Sequence record: ON287376.1
DNA length: 64,000 nucleotides
Strand: one strand, 5' to 3'
This document shows positions 19,349 through 26,378 of this stretch, one piece after another (positions within the stretch are counted from its first letter, which is position 1; each line of letters starts with the position of its first letter). Below the pieces are notes generated by a model that saw only the letters and a list, made by a program, of their open reading frames with translations, was not told where the DNA came from and did not search any database. The position numbers and the translations under genes were made by a program.

Positions 19349-21166
19349 ATGGCAATCATTGGCATTGGGGCAGAGAACACCAGGACTTACCCTGTAGAGA
19401 ATGTCACTGCATTACGTGCAGTTGTACCTCAAGCAGATGGTCAGTTATTTGAAATGGTCGGTGCTCCGATCGATAACGGTACAGGGCGTAACCAAAAAGG
19501 TGGCGTGTTCCGTTACTACGCAGATCTCAACATCGCCGATTATCCAGATGACGGCGGTTACTTTATTAAACCGGGAGCAGGTACTGGTGTTCTGATTCGT
19601 CAGCACGAACCTAACGAGTTCTTTGTTGATTGGTGGATCACTTCCCCAGATACAGACTTCGCGTTCGCTATGACTCGTCTACAGGCTTGTCTGGTTAAAT
19701 TAAACTTAGACTACCCTGTATTGGTCAGAGCAACCGGCCCAACCTACAAGTTGGCTTCTACGTTGAACATCGACGTTACTTACGCCGACTATAACTTCGA
19801 AGATTGTAAATTCATCTGGACGACTAACCCAGCCGTTGCAGTGCAGTTCTCTGCATCTAAAGATGTCGGACCTAAACGCGTCATCGTTTCCCCACGTACC
19901 TATTTCCGGGGCGGTATCTTTGCAGGAGCAGGCGGGGTAGCTAAGGGAACTAACGTAGGGTTCGATTGTTCCTTTGCTCGCGGTAACATTGCAGGGGTAA
20001 ACTTCGAGAACGTGACAATCACTGGATTTGACCGTACCGTTTCTTACGGTTCGAATGCGTACATGTATAGCTGGACCGGGTGTCGTTTCGGTGGTGGTGT
20101 TGCAATCCACACCAAAGCTAACGCCAGTAACTTCGGCGAAAACATGAACTACCATAACTGCGTATTCGGAGATATGTACCGATTCATGGATATGGATACG
20201 GGTGGTGGTTTCTACTTCCATAACTGTAGTTTCGACTATAGCGGGGAGAATGATGCTGCGGTTCCATTATTCCGGGTATCTGGTCAAATCAACTTCAATA
20301 GCTGTCACTTTGAATGGGGTAATGCCAACCGACCTAACTCCGGTAACTCGGTATTCCGTTTAGGCGGAGATTCCACTTACGTAGTTATTCGCGACGGTAT
20401 TATCTTACTTAACGATAATGCGGCTACGGTGCATGACTACTGGTTTAACTTTGGTAGCTCTGGCGCAGCAGCGGCGATCCTCGATACTTACGTTTACGGT
20501 GCGCGGTTTAGTAAGGCATGGGGTTCTCGTGATTTCGAGATGAAGGTCAAGACTAATGGTAACGGGAATACACCTAACGTACCCGCTAACATTACGTCCA
20601 AACGTACGGAAGCCTCATTACTGATCGACCCAACCATGAACGATGTAACCTTACCCGATTTCTGGACAGTGGGTGAATTCGATGGCACTGATCCCGCACG
20701 TACTCGTTTGAAATCGCCTAGTCGTCAAGTTGTAGCTAACGGAGATGGTACTGTTACTTTCGTAGCATTAGCTAAGTCGAATGAACAGCCGGGTATGCTC
20801 TTCCCAGTAAAGGATTTAGAAGTACCGGTAATTAACTTCGATTATAAAGTGAAACATACTCCTGCCAACTTCAACGCATTCGTTACGTGGTTCTGGACTC
20901 GAGTGGAAGGTGACACTCGTGGCTACCGAGTAGTGAAGCGAGTTCAGGCGACAATGCTTGGTCAGCAAACTCTGACACAGAACCCCGACTTCCAGCCAGC
21001 AGTCCCTACTTCGGCCTATACTTTCCGTTGGCCGATTAAACCACGTTGGGCTACTCACATGGAGTTCAGGATTAACATGTCTCAGTTTGAAGCAGCTTCC
21101 GATGGAACACCTAACGGGGTAAGTATCCGGAACCTTTACCACAACTACTTTAACAGCTCAATGTAG
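19349..21166 (+). CDS. Anchor-less tailspike/depolymerase TSP9 (605 aa)
   Basis: Begins at the linker (ALRAVVP..GGVF..PDDGG); no KISELP anchor; NFGENMNYHNCVFGD and FHNCSFDYSG as in TSP1 and TSP2. Confidence 0.75.
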   Translation: MAIIGIGAENTRTYPVENVTALRAVVPQADGQLFEMVGAPIDNGTGRNQKGGVFRYYADLNIADYPDDGGYFIKPGAGTGVLIRQHEPNEFFVDWWITSPDTDFAFAMTRLQACLVKLNLDYPVLVRATGPTYKLASTLNIDVTYADYNFEDCKFIWTTNPAVAVQFSASKDVGPKRVIVSPRTYFRGGIFAGAGGVAKGTNVGFDCSFARGNIAGVNFENVTITGFDRTVSYGSNAYMYSWTGCRFGGGVAIHTKANASNFGENMNYHNCVFGDMYRFMDMDTGGGFYFHNCSFDYSGENDAAVPLFRVSGQINFNSCHFEWGNANRPNSGNSVFRLGGDSTYVVIRDGIILLNDNAATVHDYWFNFGSSGAAAAILDTYVYGARFSKAWGSRDFEMKVKTNGNGNTPNVPANITSKRTEASLLIDPTMNDVTLPDFWTVGEFDGTDPARTRLKSPSRQVVANGDGTVTFVALAKSNEQPGMLFPVKDLEVPVINFDYKVKHTPANFNAFVTWFWTRVEGDTRGYRVVKRVQATMLGQQTLTQNPDFQPAVPTSAYTFRWPIKPRWATHMEFRINMSQFEAASDGTPNGVSIRNLYHNYFNSSM

Positions 21167-21194
21167 TTTTGGCCATTTCCAAATAATTTGAGAT

Positions 21195-21211
21195 CTATAT
21201 ACCCGTGTGAA
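21195..21211 (+). promoter_or_regulatory. Early-promoter-like motif (variant)
   Basis: CTATATAC-CCGTGT-GAA. Confidence 0.4.
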
Positions 21212-21298
21212 TAAGGAAATAAGACAACCATATTCATTCACTTTAACTTAACAGTGTTAGGTCAACCTTCCGGAAAAAGCTAGACCAAAACATTATAC

Positions 21299-21324
21299 GA
21301 GCAGGGGATTAATTTCCCCTGCTC
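21299..21324 (+). terminator. Terminator with no ORF directly upstream
   Basis: GAGCAGGGGA-TTAATT-TCCCCTGCTC plus T-tract. Confidence 0.8.
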
Positions 21325-21355
21325 TATTTTCCATTTTAATAAAAAGGAGCAACAC

Positions 21356-21559
21356 TTGCAAACTCAAGCTATGTCATTTAACGACGCCTACAACATGCTG
21401 GCTAATACTTATCTTAAACGCGGCATTGATATCAGTCGCACAATTAAATGCAACTGCGCCCATTGTGGCGAGGTTCACGACCGTCTCGCTACTGTGCCTT
21501 TGACCGGTAACGAGATTTGCTTCCAGTGCACTTATCGTAAACTGACAGAATCCAAATAG
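21356..21559 (+). CDS. Small C4 zinc-finger protein, TraR/DksA-like finger
   Basis: CAHCGE...ICFQC motif; AAGGAG SD before TTG start. Confidence 0.55.
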   Translation: MQTQAMSFNDAYNMLANTYLKRGIDISRTIKCNCAHCGEVHDRLATVPLTGNEICFQCTYRKLTESK

Positions 21560-21567
21560 GAGATGTC

Positions 21568-21822
21568 ATGGATCTTAAAAACCATCCCAGACCTAATCAG
21601 AAAACGACTATCTGGGAAGCACCCGGTAAAATAAAAACCAAACTTCCTTACCCCCATACTCGTATAGAGCGATACCATGAACTTCGAGCTATGGCAGATG
21701 AAGCTGGGAACGATTATACTCTGAGGCAGTTCATCGGTTGTAAAATATTCGATTTATTGGCGATTACCGATGAGCAGTACCAGAGCAGGATCGAGTACGA
21801 ACACAAATACCTCTCGCATTAA
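21568..21822 (+). CDS. Hypothetical protein, paralogue of the next gene
   Basis: GGAG SD; TKLPYPHTRIER motif shared with 21857-22213. Confidence 0.7.
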   Translation: MDLKNHPRPNQKTTIWEAPGKIKTKLPYPHTRIERYHELRAMADEAGNDYTLRQFIGCKIFDLLAITDEQYQSRIEYEHKYLSH

Positions 21823-21856
21823 TAAACCAATTCCTAAAACCTTTCAGGAGAATATC

Positions 21857-22213
21857 ATGAGCAACAATATCCGTCATTCGCAAGCTTATTACAGTTCCAA
21901 ACACCATCCAGTAGTATTAGAGGCCCAACGGGAAGCTGGCACCAAACTCCCGTATCCGCATACGCGAGCCGAACGTATCGAAGAACTCAAGCTCCAACTT
22001 AGTACGGTTGAACCAGATACCTATCTGGAACGTTTCGTTAAATCTTACCTCTACGAAGCAGAAAGCTTGTCTGATGAAGAGTATCAGGTAAAGATTGACG
22101 ACAAAGCTAACTTTGACTCTTTAGTCAAAGAGGAAGAAGAAAAGGCCTTATCACGAAAAACAGCAGTCGGAACAGCCACAGGTTTTGTGGGCGTTAAAGT
22201 TCGCGAAGATTAA
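21857..22213 (+). CDS. Hypothetical protein, paralogue of the previous gene
   Basis: AGGAG SD before ATG 21857; TKLPYPHTRAER motif. Confidence 0.7.
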   Translation: MSNNIRHSQAYYSSKHHPVVLEAQREAGTKLPYPHTRAERIEELKLQLSTVEPDTYLERFVKSYLYEAESLSDEEYQVKIDDKANFDSLVKEEEEKALSRKTAVGTATGFVGVKVRED

Positions 22214-22268
22214 TCGTTAATAACCAGTTAAACTCTCTAAACCAAACTCAATTAACAAGGAATTAAAA

Positions 22269-22850
22269 ATGTCTACTATCATCAATACTCCAAACAACAA
22301 AACTGTTTCTAACCGCTTCTTCTACTACACCGTTGCAGCCTTCGCTGTCTTCGCAACCATCGTTGGCATATCCGAAAACGATACCGTCAACCTGATCGCT
22401 TGGGTTGTTCTCATGGTCGTCAACGTTAACCTGGCGCATTGCGATAACGAAGAAGTAAAAGCTGCCGGTTACAAACCAACTACCGTCTGGCTGAATATGC
22501 TGCTCTCTCCTATCGGCTGGGGTATCGTTCGTGTTATCCGTACCCGTAACGGCGGCTTCCATAACTTCAAAGGCATCATCGGTTATGTTGTCGGTGTTCT
22601 GGCAGTATTGATGGTTCTGGGCCTGGCCACTGAGCCTAACGAAGACGAAGCAATTGCAACCCGCACTTGTGAAATCATCAACGAACAAACTGAGCCATTC
22701 TTCCTGGAAGGCGTTAAATGCGATCACGCTGAGTTCGACAGCAAACCAGGCAAATACACCTGGGTCATTAACGTGTACAAAACCGATGGTGACGTTACCA
22801 TGGTAAACGCACGCTACGACGCTAAGAACGATATGATCACCGTGTTCTAA
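22269..22850 (+). CDS. Membrane protein (several TM segments plus soluble C-terminal domain)
   Basis: AAGGA SD, phage-like codon usage, hydrophobic segments. Confidence 0.7.
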   Translation: MSTIINTPNNKTVSNRFFYYTVAAFAVFATIVGISENDTVNLIAWVVLMVVNVNLAHCDNEEVKAAGYKPTTVWLNMLLSPIGWGIVRVIRTRNGGFHNFKGIIGYVVGVLAVLMVLGLATEPNEDEAIATRTCEIINEQTEPFFLEGVKCDHAEFDSKPGKYTWVINVYKTDGDVTMVNARYDAKNDMITVF

Positions 22851-22914
22851 AGTCTTACGCTCCCTTGGTTACTATGGACATTATATCCGTTGTAGCTTAG
22901 GGAGCTAATAGACT

Positions 22915-23121
22915 ATGGGACGTTCTATTTTTGTTGAGTCTATCCATGAGGCGCTTTCTTTAGTGCCTGACGAGAATCTGCCACTGGCGCTGGAAGCGAT
23001 TGAATTGCTCAGCGACTGCACACCTCCATGGGAAGACTTGACGCATGAGGAACAGCTGAAAGGCGTGTTGTCTCATGTTGTACCTTTCGGTTGGGTACAA
23101 GAAGAATTTGTACCGATGTAA
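22915..23121 (+). CDS. Hypothetical protein (68 aa)
   Basis: ORF with GGAG upstream, followed by a hairpin. Confidence 0.55.
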   Translation: MGRSIFVESIHEALSLVPDENLPLALEAIELLSDCTPPWEDLTHEEQLKGVLSHVVPFGWVQEEFVPM

Positions 23122-23127
23122 CAGCAT

Positions 23128-23155
23128 AGGGAGAGTAGCCGCGGCTACTCTCCTT
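23128..23155. terminator. Bidirectional hairpin between convergent genes
   Basis: AGGGAGAGTAGCC-GC-GGCTACTCTCCTT. Confidence 0.8.
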
Positions 23156-23164
23156 TATGTCGAC

Positions 23165-23368
23165 TTAGAGGCTATTGACTACCTGAGTAAAACCTTGGGT
23201 ATCCTTAACCAAGAAGTCACCAACCTTAGGCTGATGTTTTTCCATGAACCATTTCATAAATGACTCTTTAGAGCCACCTTCGAAATGGAGAACCGTAAGT
23301 TCACGGCTAGTTTTGGACGGAGTAATGTTTTCAATTTTACGTGCAGTTTCTACTACTAACTGATTCAT
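23165..23368 (-). CDS. Hypothetical protein (67 aa), the only well-supported minus-strand gene
   Basis: TAAGGT SD 7 nt upstream, minus-strand TATGA about 40 nt upstream, converges on hairpin 23128-23155. Confidence 0.7.
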   Translation of the reverse strand: MNQLVVETARKIENITPSKTSRELTVLHFEGGSKESFMKWFMEKHQPKVGDFLVKDTQGFTQVVNSL

Positions 23369-23405
23369 TGATCTGACCTTAATGGAAATTTTAATTTTGG
23401 GTAAT

Positions 23406-23416
23406 TCATAAGATAT
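23406..23416 (-). promoter_or_regulatory. Putative late promoter for the minus-strand gene
   Basis: Minus-strand TATGA about 40 nt upstream of ATG 23368. Confidence 0.35.
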
Positions 23417-23644
23417 GAGATTACATTCTCATTATGAATTGAACCTGACATCATTATTGAGAGGTACCTAATGGCCAGTAAGAGTAGAATAAAAAGGATC
23501 GAAAGTAAGAAGTTAAACGCAACGCCAAGAGCGCCTATAAAGGACTCTGTTGCACTCAACCCGGATGACATGGACAAGATGTCATCTAAAACAATTGCGC
23601 GCTTAGAAAGGCGTACAAAGCTTATTTATTGAGGAATCAAAAAG

Positions 23645-23878
23645 ATGACCAGTAAAGCATTTTACATCATTGCAGCAATCATTTTGGTAATCGGCTGGGC
23701 AGTTGTAGGTTACTGTATCTACGACGCGTTCCATCAGGTTAGTGCCTGGTATATTTTCGGTAACGTGGCCTGCGCTATTATGGTCTTTATCTGGATGGGC
23801 GCGTTGATCGTTGCGGTTGGTATGCAAGTAAAACCAACTAAAATGGAACACGCCCATGACAAAGCCGGAAACTACTGA
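23645..23878 (+). CDS. Small two-TM membrane protein
   Basis: GAGGA SD; two hydrophobic helices. Confidence 0.7.
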   Translation: MTSKAFYIIAAIILVIGWAVVGYCIYDAFHQVSAWYIFGNVACAIMVFIWMGALIVAVGMQVKPTKMEHAHDKAGNY

Positions 23879-24176
23879 CCAAGCGATGGCGAAGCTGTTT
23901 GAAAGATGGCAGCGTAATCTTGAGACAGCAATCTACCATGTGTACATTAAAGTCATCCCTTACGACTTTGATACACTTTGTACTTTAATGCACCGTGAGA
24001 TGGGATTATCGGGTGGCGCTGGCGCCGATGTGGTCGATGGCCGCTACGTTAAAGTCTACGGTAAGTTTTACGAAGACAAATATCGGATCATGTTCAAAGT
24101 AGAACAAGATACGCCGATATACATGTTCTTCACGGAAGATGATATTCGTGCAGTTTATAATCGTTTCGTCAAGTGA
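23856..24176 (+). CDS. Hypothetical protein (106 aa)
   Basis: Overlaps the previous stop; followed by a terminator. Confidence 0.65.
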   Translation: MTKPETTDQAMAKLFERWQRNLETAIYHVYIKVIPYDFDTLCTLMHREMGLSGGAGADVVDGRYVKVYGKFYEDKYRIMFKVEQDTPIYMFFTEDDIRAVYNRFVK

Positions 24177-24179
24177 GTG

Positions 24180-24217
24180 CTAGAGCGGAAGTGTCCTTTA
24201 TGGGCACTCCGCTCTAG
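24180..24217 (+). terminator. Terminator before the virion-protein pair
   Basis: CTAGAGCGGA..TCCGCTCTAG. Confidence 0.75.
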
Positions 24218-24254
24218 TTATTTGTACCTGCCTTTTATTTTTTGACACTAGCTC

Positions 24255-24265
24255 GCTTACTATGA
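24255..24265 (+). promoter_or_regulatory. Putative late promoter (TATG)
   Basis: GCTTACTATGA upstream of the 683-aa virion gene. Confidence 0.5.
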
Positions 24266-24316
24266 CACCTTATAAAACCCCATTCCTGAGCATGTTACAG
24301 GAGAAGGAAACTTGCC

Positions 24317-26368
24317 ATGGTTGACTTAACCAAAGACGCTAAACTCATTGCGATTGACCTCATCAATGAAGCTAACGGAACTAACTTTACCGATAAAACT
24401 ATCGCGTTGTCAGGGCCGGTTGTAAACAACTTCGTGTTGAACGGTCTGAATACGGAAGTTACTGCTTCGCCTAACGCAGGTGATAGCAATGACATTCCGG
24501 TAACTACTTATTATTCCCGTCTCCATCTGAACCATTTGCTGGAACGTCCTTACGCCGCCTTAGAGAACCAAGCACCTTCTCGCCTGGCTGGTTTACTTCC
24601 TTCTATCAACGCTAAGTATCGCCTCGGTCTGACCGCTGCAGATATCGTTGATGGCCCGTATCGTCCTGACGATGTAGCGACTGGTATTCGTCACGTTCAG
24701 ATCGAAGCTAACCCGAACAGTTACGGTTACATCGGTAAGACTGACATCTATCTGGGTGATAGCGCTCTGGTAGCCGATTGGTTTGAACGTCCTCATTATC
24801 AGTTCTCTCGTGACTTCGGCGCAGTTACCTTCATGGGTAACAGCTATAACTTCCCTGATACCGATATCCGATTCGCTGGCCCTATTCAGACTATTACTCT
24901 CAATAGCCGGATCAAAGCTGTGAGCATCGATACTGACCGCCAATACCGTGCTTTCGAAAGCTACCCGGTAAACGGTACGTTGGTTGCGCACTTCAATAAC
25001 GGCGTGATGAAAGAGATCGTTGGTAACCGTGGCGAAACGAGCTACGATGAAAACGGTATTCTTCTGGATATCATGCCGGATCTCCCTTCCTTCATGGACA
25101 ACATCCACGAAGATGTACGCATCCTCAAATCGTACGGTAACGGGAACATTACCTACAGCACCGACTACGACGTAGGTAAGCGCAAGGCAACTTCTGGCTT
25201 GACTTACTACGTTGATAACGTAGCGGGTAACGATCAGAACGATGGTCAGTCGGAAGGTAAAGCATTCAAGTCGTTTAACCGCGCATTGATGGCAACTCCT
25301 GCTGCCCGTATCATCATGGTCAAAGGGACGGATGTTTATTACGATGCCAACAACGGCTGGACGAGTTCAGTTAATAACCGTTCTCTGGACGTCATCGGCT
25401 TCGGCCCTAAAAAGCCTATCTTCACGGCGACCGTAAACGACCTCACCTGGAAACAGCAAAGTGAGTCCATGTGGTATACCGACCGTATCCGTTTGGCTGC
25501 CTTCGTTGACATGAACAACGTAACGCTGGCCGCTGGCCCAGTCCGTATGACCGCTGCTAAGACGCTGGACGACTGCCGTATCAACCAGTCTACCTATTAC
25601 TTCGACAACGTGTCTGGTCGTACTTACGTTCACTTGTTTGACGATCGTCAACCAGATGACAAAGTTCTGGGTATCATGGCAAGTAACTCTGGTCGTACCG
25701 AGAACGGGTCTACTGTTTACATGGAAAACCTTCAGTTCCAGTACACTTACCGTGGCTTCCAGACTGAAATCACTCAGGCTAAAGTAGTTGGGTATCTGTA
25801 CGCTAAGAACTGCGACTTCGGCTGGAGCTGGACTGATGCTGGTCTTAACAGCTGGGGTACTAACGTTGTTACTCAGGGCTGTACCGCTCAGTGGTGTCAG
25901 CGTGGCGGTTTCCGTTATAACTCAGACCGCGTAACTCCAACCATGGGTATCAAACCTTGGGTTGTTGAAATCGGCGCAGTTGTTAAGCAGTGCGGTTTTG
26001 ACGGTACTGGTCAGGGCGTAGGTTCCGGTATCTCCGGTAACGTAACTATCATGCGTATTGGCGGTAGCTATTCTGATTGCGAAGGTAACTTCGTTCAGGA
26101 CACCGGTGACAATACCTACTCGCTCAACCTGAGTTTGACTACGTTTAAATCTCGGTGGAATAACCCAGATGCGGCCGCGTACACTAACGGCCTGAACTCA
26201 GTGCGTGCAGCAGTTGCACATTACTGGAGCTGCACTATGGACAGCAGCGCTTTGTCTATCTATCCGAAAGGCAAAGGTCAAGCGTTCTTGCACAACACGT
26301 TAGTAGGTGCACGTCCCTGCTACCAGCGCGAAACGCCGTATCGTTTTATTTACACTAAGAAAGGGTAA
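24317..26368 (+). CDS. Virion tail-fibre-like protein with jumbo-phage anchor and beta-helix domain (683 aa)
   Basis: N-terminal LINEANG...LLPSINAKYRLGLTAADIVDGP anchor of the type seen in phiKZ-like virion proteins; YYVDNVAGNDQNDG..AFKSF motif then beta-helix; TATG motif upstream. Confidence 0.65.
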   Translation: MVDLTKDAKLIAIDLINEANGTNFTDKTIALSGPVVNNFVLNGLNTEVTASPNAGDSNDIPVTTYYSRLHLNHLLERPYAALENQAPSRLAGLLPSINAKYRLGLTAADIVDGPYRPDDVATGIRHVQIEANPNSYGYIGKTDIYLGDSALVADWFERPHYQFSRDFGAVTFMGNSYNFPDTDIRFAGPIQTITLNSRIKAVSIDTDRQYRAFESYPVNGTLVAHFNNGVMKEIVGNRGETSYDENGILLDIMPDLPSFMDNIHEDVRILKSYGNGNITYSTDYDVGKRKATSGLTYYVDNVAGNDQNDGQSEGKAFKSFNRALMATPAARIIMVKGTDVYYDANNGWTSSVNNRSLDVIGFGPKKPIFTATVNDLTWKQQSESMWYTDRIRLAAFVDMNNVTLAAGPVRMTAAKTLDDCRINQSTYYFDNVSGRTYVHLFDDRQPDDKVLGIMASNSGRTENGSTVYMENLQFQYTYRGFQTEITQAKVVGYLYAKNCDFGWSWTDAGLNSWGTNVVTQGCTAQWCQRGGFRYNSDRVTPTMGIKPWVVEIGAVVKQCGFDGTGQGVGSGISGNVTIMRIGGSYSDCEGNFVQDTGDNTYSLNLSLTTFKSRWNNPDAAAYTNGLNSVRAAVAHYWSCTMDSSALSIYPKGKGQAFLHNTLVGARPCYQRETPYRFIYTKKG

Positions 26369-26378
26369 GTGAACCAAT

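Noticed and set aside
23365-23577. 70-aa hydrophobic minus-strand ORF
   Set aside because: No clear SD, and a TATGA plus the SD of the downstream gene lie inside it; cannot be excluded but is unsupported
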